The notes under the pieces: model-generated | What the model saw: the letters and a program-made list of their open reading frames with translations, nothing else | What the model was told of the DNA's origin: nothing | Database searches by the model: none | Shown here: positions 1-10,178 of the stretch, in pieces | Layout of the letters: every line of letters starts with the position of its first letter | How positions within the stretch are numbered: position 1 is the stretch's first letter | Position numbers and translations under genes: made by a program | Virus record (IMG/VR): IMGVR_UViG_3300028581_002181 | Location: 32,001 to 96,000 of that record | Direction: 5' to 3' (one strand) | Length of the DNA stretch: 64,000 bases | From: a virus

Positions 1-195
1 GTGATTTTACCAGCAGAATTCAGTGTGACTGGCACTTCCACTACCTTGACCTTGACTGTGGCACCCCCCATAAATACTCGCATTACAGTGGTGCGTAGAC
101 TGGGTAAACTATGGAATCCAGACACAGCATTGAGTCAAACAGAGAATGACATAGCAAGATTCTTGCGTGCAAAAGAAGTGAGTTTGCCGCAATAA
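1..195 (+). CDS. C-terminal fragment of a virion structural (baseplate-region) protein, truncated by the window edge
   Basis: Open frame from the window edge to TAA at 193-195, directly upstream of the tail/baseplate genes; composition matches the neighbouring structural genes. Confidence 0.55.
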   Translation: MILPAEFSVTGTSTTLTLTVAPPINTRITVVRRLGKLWNPDTALSQTENDIARFLRAKEVSLPQ

Positions 196-198
196 ATA
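192..198 (+). promoter_or_regulatory. Putative T4-like late promoter core (ATAAATA)
   Basis: ATAAATA about 20 nt upstream of the ATG at 219; the same core recurs before other structural genes. Confidence 0.6.
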
Positions 199-218
199 CA
201 TGATAAAAGGATGATCTA

Positions 219-821
219 ATGAATAATTTTAACGAACACAACGGCACGCTGATACAAGGACACATCAAAATACTGGATCCAAACACTGGTGAAATATTAG
301 TGAACAAACGCAATGCCATACACTATGAAAACATGAGCATTGGATTGGCAGAAAGTTTGGCCAATGAAGGTCAAGGATTTATTAATTCCATGGTGTTCGG
401 CACAGGTGGTACCTACATTGATCCCACAGGTATTGTGACCTATCTTACTCCCAACAGCACTGGTACCAACGCCACTTTATACAATCAAACTTTCAGCAAA
501 GTGGTGGATGACAGATCAGTCAGCAACACAGATCCAGTGAGAAATAAAATTGAAACTAGACACGTGAGTGGTACCAATTATACAGACATACTGGTAACTT
601 GTTTGTTGGACTATGGTGAGCCCAGTGGTCAAGACGCTGTGGATGCTGCTACAGGCACAGAAAGTTTATACGTATTTGATGAATTAGGATTACAAAGTTA
701 CTCCAGTGCAGGCACAGGTAGATTATTGACGCATGTAATATTTCACCCTGTACAAAAAAGTTTAAACAGATTGATACAGATAGATTACACAGTAAGAATA
801 CAAAGTTTATCAGGATTATAA
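219..821 (+). CDS. Virion structural protein (baseplate/tail region)
   Basis: 200-aa ORF after a late-promoter core and an AAGGA RBS, within the structural operon. Confidence 0.6.
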   Translation: MNNFNEHNGTLIQGHIKILDPNTGEILVNKRNAIHYENMSIGLAESLANEGQGFINSMVFGTGGTYIDPTGIVTYLTPNSTGTNATLYNQTFSKVVDDRSVSNTDPVRNKIETRHVSGTNYTDILVTCLLDYGEPSGQDAVDAATGTESLYVFDELGLQSYSSAGTGRLLTHVIFHPVQKSLNRLIQIDYTVRIQSLSGL

Positions 822-833
822 TTGACATAAAAT

Positions 834-2861
834 ATGGCATACACAGTAAATTTTACAGATGTGGTCAACAAAGGCAGTCTTACTGTGGACGACGGCACAG
901 TGAATCAGCAGACCAGTTTGTCATTGCCAGGACGTAATACCACTTCATACGGTACCATCATAGCAGAAAATTTTTTACATTTGTTAGAAAATTTTGCCAA
1001 GAACACTGCTCCAGTAAATGCAGTGGAAGGCCAGTTGTGGTATGATACCACAGTGGGTGTGGATCAATTAAAAATTTATGACGGCACACAATGGGTGGCT
1101 GCAGGTGGTTTAAAAAAAGCACTTACTCAACCTTTAGCTGGTGAGAGTGTGGTAGGTGACCTTTGGGTAGACACAGACAATCAACAATTATATCTATTCA
1201 CAGGATCAGGTTGGGTATTGGTGGGTCCAGAGTTCAGTCAAGGACTCAGCACAGGCAGTAAACCATTTGAAATAATTGGCACAGATAATCTCACATACAC
1301 TGTGGTTTTATTAGAAGTACAAACAAAACCAGTGGCCATTATCAGTACCAAGGCCTTTACACCTAAAGCTGCAATCACAGGATTCAGCACTATTCAACCA
1401 GGAATTAATCTCAGTGCTGCCAACATTGAAGGCGCAGGAGTGGGTAAACTTTATGGCACAGCACAAAAAGCAGATGCATTAATTGCTGCCAATAACGAAG
1501 TGGTTTCAGGATCTTTATTTTTAAGAAAAGACAAATCAAATATCGCTGACTTTTCATTAAAAATTAACAATAATGATGGTTTGGATGTGGGCAACAGTGC
1601 CACTCTTAACATTGGCATTGAAGGACAAGCAGCTATTATCAGTCATAAAACTGCAGGAGCCAATATAGATTTTAGAGTGAATGATCAAGGTGTCACTCGC
1701 ACAGTGATGAGAATAGATTCCAATACCAACGTGGGAATCAATAATTTAGCACCTGCTGAAGCACTGGATGTCACGGGCAATATTAAAACTAGCGGAGAAC
1801 TATATGTGGATGCAGTGACCAACGCTAACAACGTGAACACTGGTGCACTAATAGTTAAAGGTGGAGTTGGCATAGCTAAAAAATTATATGTGGGAGAAAC
1901 AACAACTTTTCAAGACAGTATTACAAGCAGAGACATTGCACCCAATGCCAACAACACATACAATATTGGTTCAGTCAGCAACAGATATTTGAACATATAT
2001 GCCAACAACTTTGTGGGCAATCTCACAGGTAATATCACAGGCACAGTGAGCGGTGCTTCAGGAACCAGTAATAAATTGACCAGTTTGACCACATTTGCTA
2101 TGAGCGGTGATGTGAGTGCACCAAGTTTTGCATTTGATGGACAAACAGGAGGCACAACAAAAACATTTGTGACTTCGGTCAGCAACAGTTTTATTGCCAA
2201 CAAAACTGGACAAGCATCTTCATTGTCCAGCGATGAATTTATATTTAATAGGGTGTCAGGCACCACAGGAGTTTTCAAAATCAATAGAGACAATCTGTTC
2301 AATGCTATTGCTAAAATACCCACAGGCAGTGTTTTCCCTTATGCTGGATCCTCAACACCAGCATATTGGTTATTGTGTGATGGATCAGAAGTGTTAAGAA
2401 GCACTTATCCTGAACTATTTGCTGTGGTAGGACACAGTTTTGGCACACCACCCAGTGGTACTGGATCATATTTTTTATTGCCTGATTTTCGAGGCAGATT
2501 GCCTTTGGGTCGTGACAACATGGGCGGTACATCAGCCAACAGAGTCACAAGTGTGTCTGCAGACTCCTTGGGAGGATTTGGTGGCACAGAAAACAAAACT
2601 ATAGGCATCCAGAATTTACCTGAACACGAACATGATTTACAAGGTGCAGCAGGTGCACAATACTACGCCATTAGAGACGTGCCAGGCATAGGCGCAGGTG
2701 AAGTCACAGCAATCACTTATGATGCTCCCACAGGCGCAGGACAAGGTTCAGCTATTGCCAGCAGCGGTGGCGTGGCCAATCCCACAGTGGGTCAACCACA
2801 GGATGTGATGAATCCATTCTTGACCATTAATTACATAATTTACACAGGACAAACACCATAA
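834..2861 (+). CDS. Tail fibre/baseplate protein with C-terminal phage tail-collar domain
   Basis: Tail-collar signature near the C-terminus (IPTGSVFPYAG...WLLCDGSEV.RSTYPELFAVVG...PDFRGR); Gly/Thr/Asn-rich body; N-terminal domain shared with the next two ORFs. Confidence 0.8.
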   Translation: MAYTVNFTDVVNKGSLTVDDGTVNQQTSLSLPGRNTTSYGTIIAENFLHLLENFAKNTAPVNAVEGQLWYDTTVGVDQLKIYDGTQWVAAGGLKKALTQPLAGESVVGDLWVDTDNQQLYLFTGSGWVLVGPEFSQGLSTGSKPFEIIGTDNLTYTVVLLEVQTKPVAIISTKAFTPKAAITGFSTIQPGINLSAANIEGAGVGKLYGTAQKADALIAANNEVVSGSLFLRKDKSNIADFSLKINNNDGLDVGNSATLNIGIEGQAAIISHKTAGANIDFRVNDQGVTRTVMRIDSNTNVGINNLAPAEALDVTGNIKTSGELYVDAVTNANNVNTGALIVKGGVGIAKKLYVGETTTFQDSITSRDIAPNANNTYNIGSVSNRYLNIYANNFVGNLTGNITGTVSGASGTSNKLTSLTTFAMSGDVSAPSFAFDGQTGGTTKTFVTSVSNSFIANKTGQASSLSSDEFIFNRVSGTTGVFKINRDNLFNAIAKIPTGSVFPYAGSSTPAYWLLCDGSEVLRSTYPELFAVVGHSFGTPPSGTGSYFLLPDFRGRLPLGRDNMGGTSANRVTSVSADSLGGFGGTENKTIGIQNLPEHEHDLQGAAGAQYYAIRDVPGIGAGEVTAITYDAPTGAGQGSAIASSGGVANPTVGQPQDVMNPFLTINYIIYTGQTP

Positions 2862-5053
2862 TGAGTTATAAAATTAACAAAACTGATGGCACACTGTTGA
2901 TAGATCTGCTGGATGGCAGCATAGATACATCAGTATCTGACATCACACTGATCGGAAGAAATTACAAAGGGTTTGGTGAGTTGATCAACGAAAACTTTGT
3001 GAAGATGCTGGAAAATTTTGCCAGTTCATCTGCTCCGGCCAATCCTTTGCGTGGTCAATTGTGGTATGACACCGCAGAAAACAGATTAAAAGTTTACAAC
3101 GGTACTGCATTTGCCACCAACGGAATTATTGTGGCCAGCACACAGCCCAATCTTGCCACTGGAGATATTTGGCTCAACAGTCTCACCAATCAGATGAGTT
3201 TTTTCGATGGCACTGATTTGGTGTTGGTGGGTCCAACACACACAGCAGCACAAGGAGTGTCAGGCTTTGTGGCTCAAAGCATATTAAACACACAAAATCA
3301 AACCAAGACTGTGCTGAAATTTTTTGTACAAAACACATTGATAGGTGTATGGAGTTCGGCTCAATTTACTCCCATAGCATCTCAAGTGATTTCAGAATTA
3401 ATTACTGGATCCAATCCATTGGGAACCATTTATCCAGGTTTTAATCTTGTCAATAATTCATACAAATACAGAGGCATTGCCACACTGGCAGAAGGATTGA
3501 TTGATGGATTAGGAACCACCATACTGGCTGATTCATTTTTGCGCAGTGATGCCAACGACATCACCACAGGCAGTTTAAAAATACAAAATAATTCAGGATT
3601 GACTTTGGGATTGAATGACAGTCTTCAATTAAAATTTGGCAGTGTGACTCTGCCCAACACTAATATTATTGTGAGCAATGTGAGCAATGCTGATATTGCT
3701 ATCAACGCTAAAAATCCTGCAGAATACACAGCCATATTTGTGGATGGCAGTGCTGCCAGAGTGGGCATATTCAACACCACTCCTGCATATTCATTGGACA
3801 TCACAGGAGATGTGAGAATACAAGGCAATCTAATCACCAGCGGCAACAGCACAGCAGTCACAGCAGAAGATTTAAGAGTGGAAGACAAAACTATTCAGTT
3901 GGCCACCATCACTGGATCAGCTTTGGGCGATGATGCCTACATAGATGGAGGTGGAATAATAATCAAGTCCACAGTGTCAGACAAATCATTGTTGTGGGAA
4001 GATTCCACAGATTCTTGGAAAAGTTCAGAACATTTTAATCTAGCCACTGGTAAAGGATACAAGATCAATGGTACCACAGTATTGAGTGCCACAGCATTGG
4101 GTGCCACAGTGATCAGTGCACCTGGCTTGACCAGCATAGGCACTTTGACCAGTTTGAATGTGGGCAATTTATCACTGTCAGGTATCACACTGAGTGCCAC
4201 AGGAAATTTACAACTGCAAGCCAGCACAAACATTATCAGCGTGCAAGGCTCTGCTCGGATCACAGGAATTGGTTTGCCCAGCGCAGCTTCAGATGCTGTA
4301 AGAAAAGATTATGTGGATGGATACTTGCCCATCAGTCTAGTGGCAGACATCACAGGATTTTCTGCATTGGCAGGCGGAGTAAATGGCAGCATCATAAGAT
4401 TATTAAATGATTTGTATCCAGTGGCAGGATATTCAGCAGCAGGATTGGGAATACCCTCAAGTGCCACAGGTAGAATAGCCAGAGTACACACGGTGGAGTC
4501 AGGCTCATTGAATGTGAATATTCCTGGAGCAAATTTAGAATCAGCTCTGGATGAATCAACCACAGCCGTGGATCAAACTTTGAATGCTGCTCCCAACACA
4601 GTGCAAACCATTCAGACCTATCTCAGCGGTGCAGCACTGTTGGATTCAGGACATATTAGAATTACCACTCCAACAGCACATTTTTATGAAGTGGGCAACA
4701 CAGTGACTATTTCAGGTTGTAATGGATCAGGAGTGTTTGCTCCCACAGGATTTGATGGCACATACACAGTGGCCAAAGTGATAGAAAATGTTATTCCCAG
4801 CACTCAGTTTGACATCAATATTTCAGCCACCATACCAGGCATAAATTCAGTGTCAGGTGCACTGTACAACAACAGTAGTGCTGCAGTGACCAGAACACCT
4901 CAACTGGGTAATTCCAACAAAACTGTGCTGCAGGATGTAGCTTTCAGCACTGTGACAGGCACTGTGACTGCTGTGGTCAACAGAGGTCTAAAACAATTCA
5001 TAGTTTCAGGGGGTGCTTGGACATTCCACAGTGATTTAACATCCACTGTGTAA
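2861..5053 (+). CDS. Tail fibre/baseplate protein (paralog 2)
   Basis: Shared N-terminal domain (GRNYKGFGELINENFVKMLENFA...GQLWYDT); beta-rich, fibre-like composition. Confidence 0.75.
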   Translation: MSYKINKTDGTLLIDLLDGSIDTSVSDITLIGRNYKGFGELINENFVKMLENFASSSAPANPLRGQLWYDTAENRLKVYNGTAFATNGIIVASTQPNLATGDIWLNSLTNQMSFFDGTDLVLVGPTHTAAQGVSGFVAQSILNTQNQTKTVLKFFVQNTLIGVWSSAQFTPIASQVISELITGSNPLGTIYPGFNLVNNSYKYRGIATLAEGLIDGLGTTILADSFLRSDANDITTGSLKIQNNSGLTLGLNDSLQLKFGSVTLPNTNIIVSNVSNADIAINAKNPAEYTAIFVDGSAARVGIFNTTPAYSLDITGDVRIQGNLITSGNSTAVTAEDLRVEDKTIQLATITGSALGDDAYIDGGGIIIKSTVSDKSLLWEDSTDSWKSSEHFNLATGKGYKINGTTVLSATALGATVISAPGLTSIGTLTSLNVGNLSLSGITLSATGNLQLQASTNIISVQGSARITGIGLPSAASDAVRKDYVDGYLPISLVADITGFSALAGGVNGSIIRLLNDLYPVAGYSAAGLGIPSSATGRIARVHTVESGSLNVNIPGANLESALDESTTAVDQTLNAAPNTVQTIQTYLSGAALLDSGHIRITTPTAHFYEVGNTVTISGCNGSGVFAPTGFDGTYTVAKVIENVIPSTQFDINISATIPGINSVSGALYNNSSAAVTRTPQLGNSNKTVLQDVAFSTVTGTVTAVVNRGLKQFIVSGGAWTFHSDLTSTV

Positions 5054-5054
5054 G

Positions 5055-5061
5055 ATAAATA
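5055..5061 (+). promoter_or_regulatory. Putative late promoter core (ATAAATA)
   Basis: Intergenic ATAAATA followed by a GAGG RBS before the ATG at 5083. Confidence 0.6.
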
Positions 5062-5082
5062 AACTTGTAAGAGGAAAAAAAT

Positions 5083-6519
5083 ATGCCATATCAAATAGAT
5101 CTAACTAACGGAACGCTGCTTACTACCATACAAGATGGTACCATAGACCAAACCACCAACCTAAAACTGGTGGGCAGAAACTATGCAGGCTACGGAGAAA
5201 TTCAAAACGAAAACTTTGTGCATCTATTGGAAAATTTTGCCAGCAACAATGCACCCAGCAGACCTTTGGATGGTCAGATATGGTTTGACACAGCAGCCAA
5301 CAAATTAAAATTTTATGACGGTGTAAAATTTAGAACCACAGGTGGTGCTGAAGTGGGCACTACTCAACCAGCTGGATTGACCACTGGAGATTTTTGGTGG
5401 GACACTGGCAATGACCAGCTGTATGCTTACAATGGCACATCATTTGTGTTGGTGGGACCACAAGGAGTTGGAGCCACAACCACCCAGTTGAAGAGTCGCA
5501 CAGTCAAAGACACACTGAATGTGAATCAACCCATCATAGAAGGCATCATAGATGATGTCACAGTATTTTTAATCAGCAACAGTCAATTCACCATCAACAC
5601 AGTGGATCCCACTCAATTTATCACAGGATTTGACAGTGTGAAAAAAGGTATCACCATGGTGAACACGCAGAACGCCACAGGTGGAGTCACCAGCACAGAT
5701 CATAGATTTTGGGGCACAGCAGCCAACGCATTGAAACTGGGTGGAGTGGATGCTGCAAACTTTTTACAGGTGGGTGGCAACACCAATTTTGATGATACTG
5801 GATTCACAGTGGGCAGCGGCAATGATCTTAGAGTGAGTATTATCAATGGCAACGAAGGTAGAATTATCAACGAAGTAGGCTCAATAATTAAAATGGGAGC
5901 CAGCAACACACACTCAGTGAGTGTGACTGCCACAGGTATTAATCCACAACTGACTAACACATTCACTTTGGGCACAGCAGGCAACGTGTTCAGCAATGTG
6001 TATGCTACCAACTTCACAGGACTGGCTTCAGAAGCCACAGCAATCAAAGTAAGTTCCACATTGTACAGTGGGTCAACTGCTGCAGGAGTAAACACAGTGG
6101 CATTGCGAGATGCTTCAGGCAATTTAACAGCCAACATTTTCAATGGAGTGGCCACTCAAGCAAGATATGCGGATTTGGCAGAAAAATATTTGGCAGACGG
6201 CAATTGGCCCATTGGCACAGTGATGAGCATAGGCGGTGCAAAAGAAATTCAAAAGGCCACTGAAGGCAGCATAGTGGTGGGCGTGGTGAGCGGTGCTCCA
6301 GCATATTTGATGAACGCTGAACTGCAAGGTGGCACTGCAGTGGCCATCAAAGGCAGAGTGCCAGTTTTGGTAACAGGTGCAGTGACCAAAGGTGACAAAA
6401 TCGGGGTGAGCAGCACAGCAGGAATTGGTATCAAAGTCACAGAAGGTGATTATTTTGCAGTGGCTTTGGAAGCTGACAGCAGATCAGGCGTCAAACTGGT
6501 TGAGTGCTATATCAAATAA
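5083..6519 (+). CDS. Tail fibre/baseplate protein (paralog 3) with C-terminal ADLAE-type domain
   Basis: Shared N-terminal domain (GRNYAGYGEIQNENFVHLLENFA); C-terminal YADLAEKY...GTV...GRVPV module typical of phage tail proteins. Confidence 0.75.
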   Translation: MPYQIDLTNGTLLTTIQDGTIDQTTNLKLVGRNYAGYGEIQNENFVHLLENFASNNAPSRPLDGQIWFDTAANKLKFYDGVKFRTTGGAEVGTTQPAGLTTGDFWWDTGNDQLYAYNGTSFVLVGPQGVGATTTQLKSRTVKDTLNVNQPIIEGIIDDVTVFLISNSQFTINTVDPTQFITGFDSVKKGITMVNTQNATGGVTSTDHRFWGTAANALKLGGVDAANFLQVGGNTNFDDTGFTVGSGNDLRVSIINGNEGRIINEVGSIIKMGASNTHSVSVTATGINPQLTNTFTLGTAGNVFSNVYATNFTGLASEATAIKVSSTLYSGSTAAGVNTVALRDASGNLTANIFNGVATQARYADLAEKYLADGNWPIGTVMSIGGAKEIQKATEGSIVVGVVSGAPAYLMNAELQGGTAVAIKGRVPVLVTGAVTKGDKIGVSSTAGIGIKVTEGDYFAVALEADSRSGVKLVECYIK

Positions 6520-6590
6520 TAATCAATATGATGTCTAAAATATTCATGGGACAGTTCAACCCAACTAAATACTCGTATAGGAAATAATTT

Positions 6591-7487
6591 ATGGCAGTAG
6601 GTGATCCAATAACAGCAGCAAGGTACAATATTATTCAGTCCACAGTGGCCAACGTGCTGAGCACAGGATCAGGAGATTCTGGATATGGACAAGCACTGCA
6701 AAGCAATCAAGTTGCACAGAATCAGTTGATCGAAGACGATCACATGAACACTTTGAGATTGGACATACGCAAAGCCTATCTGCATCAAAACAATTCATAT
6801 CCCACATTGACTGTGGTCAGCACTGCAGACACAGTGACTGATAACACACTAAACAATTCATATGCAACTTTTGAAACATTGGCCACCAACATCAATACCA
6901 ACCGCAACACCATCAGCGCCAGCAGATTGACCACAGGCAGCACAGCATCCAGTTATGTGAGAACCACCACTTGGAATGCCACACGTGTGGGCAACTTCAC
7001 AGTGACTTTTGCCAGCACCAATGCTGCTAGACATTTTTTCAACTCAGGCGGAGCAGTACAGATTGATATGAGTGTCACAGCCGGCACGGTCAAGAACAAT
7101 GATTGGAACACAATGTTCATCACCAATATGGGAACCTTAACTTTTGCTAACCTTGCTTCCAGCAGATCAGGTGCAGGTGGCACATTGACTTCATCTGTGG
7201 CTTATACCACACTGACTACCAGTTATCAAACAGTGTATTCCAGCGTTGGCAGTGGTGTGTACGCAGCCAGCAATTTCAACATTCAAGTGCGATTCACAAA
7301 CATTTCCAGCTTAGTGATAGAGTTTCAGATCACCTTGAATGATGCTGCCGCAGGCACTATAGATGAAGACGTGGCAGCTAATCTCAACATCAACGTGAAC
7401 AGACGCATAGCCAACGGTGCCTTGAGTGATCCCATCACCATCGCAGAACCTACTTTTGGTGTCATGAGCGGCACAGTCACAGCCTAA
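6591..7487 (+). CDS. Virion structural protein (tail-associated)
   Basis: 298 aa, Thr/Ser/Asn-rich, preceded by CTAAATA (6565-6571) and an AGGA RBS. Confidence 0.6.
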   Translation: MAVGDPITAARYNIIQSTVANVLSTGSGDSGYGQALQSNQVAQNQLIEDDHMNTLRLDIRKAYLHQNNSYPTLTVVSTADTVTDNTLNNSYATFETLATNINTNRNTISASRLTTGSTASSYVRTTTWNATRVGNFTVTFASTNAARHFFNSGGAVQIDMSVTAGTVKNNDWNTMFITNMGTLTFANLASSRSGAGGTLTSSVAYTTLTTSYQTVYSSVGSGVYAASNFNIQVRFTNISSLVIEFQITLNDAAAGTIDEDVAANLNINVNRRIANGALSDPITIAEPTFGVMSGTVTA

Positions 7488-7519
7488 ACCATTTAACACA
7501 TAGCCAAAATTCTACACAT

Positions 7520-7564
7520 CTAAATAACATTGCAGTTGACTTTGCAAACAAAAAGTGATATACT
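7520..7564 (+). promoter_or_regulatory. Tandem late core (CTAAATA 7520-7526) and sigma70 promoter (TTGACT-17-TATACT, extended -10)
   Basis: TTGACT 7536-7541, 17-nt spacer, TGaTATACT ending at 7564, then an AGGAGA RBS before the ATG at 7580. Confidence 0.75.
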
Positions 7565-7579
7565 TTTAATAGGAGAATT

Positions 7580-7921
7580 ATGAATAAAAAAAACATAACA
7601 CAAGACAGCATAGCCATATCTATTGAAATGATAAACTTTAATAATCAGTTAAAATTACTGAAAGATCAATTTATTGACAGCAACATATTTTTTTGTCAAG
7701 GATCGCAGTTTACTGTGAATCATTATCTATTGCAGTTATGTCAAAATTATATTGAACGCAAAAGGGATAAAGATGTGGTTTTATTGGATGATTTTCAAAA
7801 TCCAGTTTTAGTGACTGATCTTATTTCATTCCATGATACTGCGTGGAATCTATATCAAACAAATCTTAATCAATACTATACAGAGTATCAACATCTTTTA
7901 TCAAATAAAGGAAAAGTGTAA
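7580..7921 (+). CDS. Hypothetical protein
   Basis: 113-aa ORF with a strong promoter and RBS; first gene of the enzyme island. Confidence 0.7.
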   Translation: MNKKNITQDSIAISIEMINFNNQLKLLKDQFIDSNIFFCQGSQFTVNHYLLQLCQNYIERKRDKDVVLLDDFQNPVLVTDLISFHDTAWNLYQTNLNQYYTEYQHLLSNKGKV

Positions 7922-7922
7922 A

Positions 7923-8774
7923 ATGACCTCGCAAGGAGTTCTAATGTTTGCACACAATAATCAGACAGTGGACTATATCAAACAGAGTATATTTGCAGCA
8001 ATGCAGGTAAAAAAATATTTACAAATGCCTGTAACTCTAATTACGTCTAATCAGGCACACTTGTACATGCATTATAAAAAACATATTAAAATATTTGACA
8101 AAGTTATTCCTGTGAAAGAATTCGACACAATTCAAACCAGAGACTTTTACAATGGAGCTGAAAATAAAATAAATGATCTATGGAAAAATCATCTTCGATC
8201 CACAGCATATGAATTGTCTCCATATGATGAAACCATAGTAATGGACACTGACTATATTGTGGGTAATGCCAATTTACTAAGATGTTTTCAAAGCAAAGAA
8301 GATTTTTTAATACACCAAAAATCCATTTATATTAATTATTTCAATCAATCTGAATGGAAAATCAAATACATCAGCGACACAGGCATGGAGATGTATTGGG
8401 CCACAGTATTTTACTTTAAAAAAACTCAAAGAGTGTGTAAACTATTTGAAATTATCAATCATATTAAAAATAATTGGAACTACTATAGATTTGTGTGGCA
8501 AATATCAGAAACAAATTTTAGGAATGACTTTGCATTTAGTATGGCCATACATATATTAAATGGACACGTTAAAAGTGTTTGGCCTTGTAAAATTCCAGAT
8601 TCATTGTATTACATCACAGACAGAGACAAAACAGAACATTTTGAAAATAATAGATGGCAATTGTCACTGTTTACAGGATCAACTTATGTGAAAACAGCTG
8701 CCAAAAATATTAATCTTCATGTAATGAATAAATTTAGTTTGGATAATGTTATTAACAAGGAATTACAAGCATGA
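7923..8774 (+). CDS. GT-A fold glycosyltransferase-like protein (GT8-like)
   Basis: DxD motif (VMDTDY), GVLMFA N-terminus, YWATVFYF; start moved to the ATG at 7923. Confidence 0.6.
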   Translation: MTSQGVLMFAHNNQTVDYIKQSIFAAMQVKKYLQMPVTLITSNQAHLYMHYKKHIKIFDKVIPVKEFDTIQTRDFYNGAENKINDLWKNHLRSTAYELSPYDETIVMDTDYIVGNANLLRCFQSKEDFLIHQKSIYINYFNQSEWKIKYISDTGMEMYWATVFYFKKTQRVCKLFEIINHIKNNWNYYRFVWQISETNFRNDFAFSMAIHILNGHVKSVWPCKIPDSLYYITDRDKTEHFENNRWQLSLFTGSTYVKTAAKNINLHVMNKFSLDNVINKELQA

Positions 8775-9619
8775 CAACACAAGGATTTTGTATATTTGCA
8801 CAGCATAATAAGAATACAGACTATGCTAAACAAGCCTATGCACTGGCAATGAGTATAAAAATACAAATGCCCAACAGTAAAGTTTGCCTTATTACCAATG
8901 CAAACATCAATAAAAGTATTAGCAAAGTGTTTGACCATGTGTTGGATATTCCAGGCAATGATGAAGCTGTAGATCAAGATTGGAAAATTCAAAATAGATA
9001 TAAGATATATCAATGCACACCATTTGAACGCAGCATAATATTAGACGCTGATATGTTAGTTTTATCAGATATAAGTCACTGGTGGAAATTTTTACAGAAT
9101 TACAACATGTACTTTACTAGCACTGTAAAAAATTATAGAGATGAATATGTAAATAATGATTTTTATCGCAAGACTTTTACGGACAATGATTTACCTAATC
9201 TATATTGCGGAGTGCATTACTATAATCGATGTAGAGAAAATTTTAAATTTTTAGACCTTTTGGCAAATATTGTGCGCAACCATAATATTTTTTATTCAAA
9301 ATTTACTTCAAAAAATCAACAAACATGGTGCAGCATGGATGTTAGTGTGTCTTTGGCTAGTAAAATTTTGAACCTTACGTCAAAAATTACCAGCACAGAC
9401 TCATTTATCACTTTTACTCACATGAAACCTCATTTACAAAATTGGAGTACTGTGCCCAATCATTGGATGGAAAAAGTAAATGTTTATTTTGACTCTAACA
9501 TGAACATAAAAATTGATAATTTTCGTCAACAGGGAATATTGCACTATGTGGAAAATCAATTTTTAACTGATGATTTATTAAAAATTATTGAAAAAAAATA
9601 TTTTGAAAGGATTGAATAA
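8771..9619 (+). CDS. GT-A fold glycosyltransferase-like protein (GT8-like, paralog)
   Basis: DxD motif (ILDADML), QAYALAMSIK, terminal GILHY; resembles the preceding ORF. Confidence 0.6.
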   Translation: MTTQGFCIFAQHNKNTDYAKQAYALAMSIKIQMPNSKVCLITNANINKSISKVFDHVLDIPGNDEAVDQDWKIQNRYKIYQCTPFERSIILDADMLVLSDISHWWKFLQNYNMYFTSTVKNYRDEYVNNDFYRKTFTDNDLPNLYCGVHYYNRCRENFKFLDLLANIVRNHNIFYSKFTSKNQQTWCSMDVSVSLASKILNLTSKITSTDSFITFTHMKPHLQNWSTVPNHWMEKVNVYFDSNMNIKIDNFRQQGILHYVENQFLTDDLLKIIEKKYFERIE

Positions 9620-9620
9620 C

Positions 9621-10178
9621 ATGTTTGTAACCTTTGATACAGAATCAGGAAAGATTTTGAGCTGCTCTGTGAATGAATCTCTCAACAGTTTAGCCATAGA
9701 TAATCAATTAGGAGAAAAATTCATAATGGGAATTGAATCAATGTTTAGCTATAAGATAGAATATGTAGATGGCACTTATAAGTTATGCAAGAGAAATGTG
9801 GTACAGAAAGAAAATCTTATTGTGCAAAACAAAAAAAATACTATTATTAATCAAGGTGTATATAAAATTCCAAATAAAACAAATGATCACCAAGGTATTC
9901 TTATCAGAATATTAGAACAACAAAAAAAAATAGAATTTTTAATAGATGAGAATTTTAAAAATACACTTAAAATTACGGTCACAGATACAAATCAAAGAAT
10001 ACATAATTTTTATAGTTGCAAAAAACATGATGCTACTCAGTTGGATCGTATATTTGAAATTAATTTGTATGAATTAGCTATGAAAAAAATATTAAGTTTT
10101 GATTATACACCAAAAGATGAAGTGGATATTTACTGCAAAAAAGTTTTCGACTACTCTTTGGAAAGAATATATGAATAA
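9621..10178 (+). CDS. Hypothetical protein
   Basis: ORF coupled between glycosyltransferase genes; start taken at ATG 9621. Confidence 0.55.
   Translation: MFVTFDTESGKILSCSVNESLNSLAIDNQLGEKFIMGIESMFSYKIEYVDGTYKLCKRNVVQKENLIVQNKKNTIINQGVYKIPNKTNDHQGILIRILEQQKKIEFLIDENFKNTLKITVTDTNQRIHNFYSCKKHDATQLDRIFEINLYELAMKKILSFDYTPKDEVDIYCKKVFDYSLERIYE

Noticed and set aside
1685-6440. Long antisense ORFs opposite the tail genes (e.g. 1910-2323, 5700-6155)
   Set aside because: Shadow frames of Thr/Gly/Val-rich genes with biased codons; no RBS or motifs
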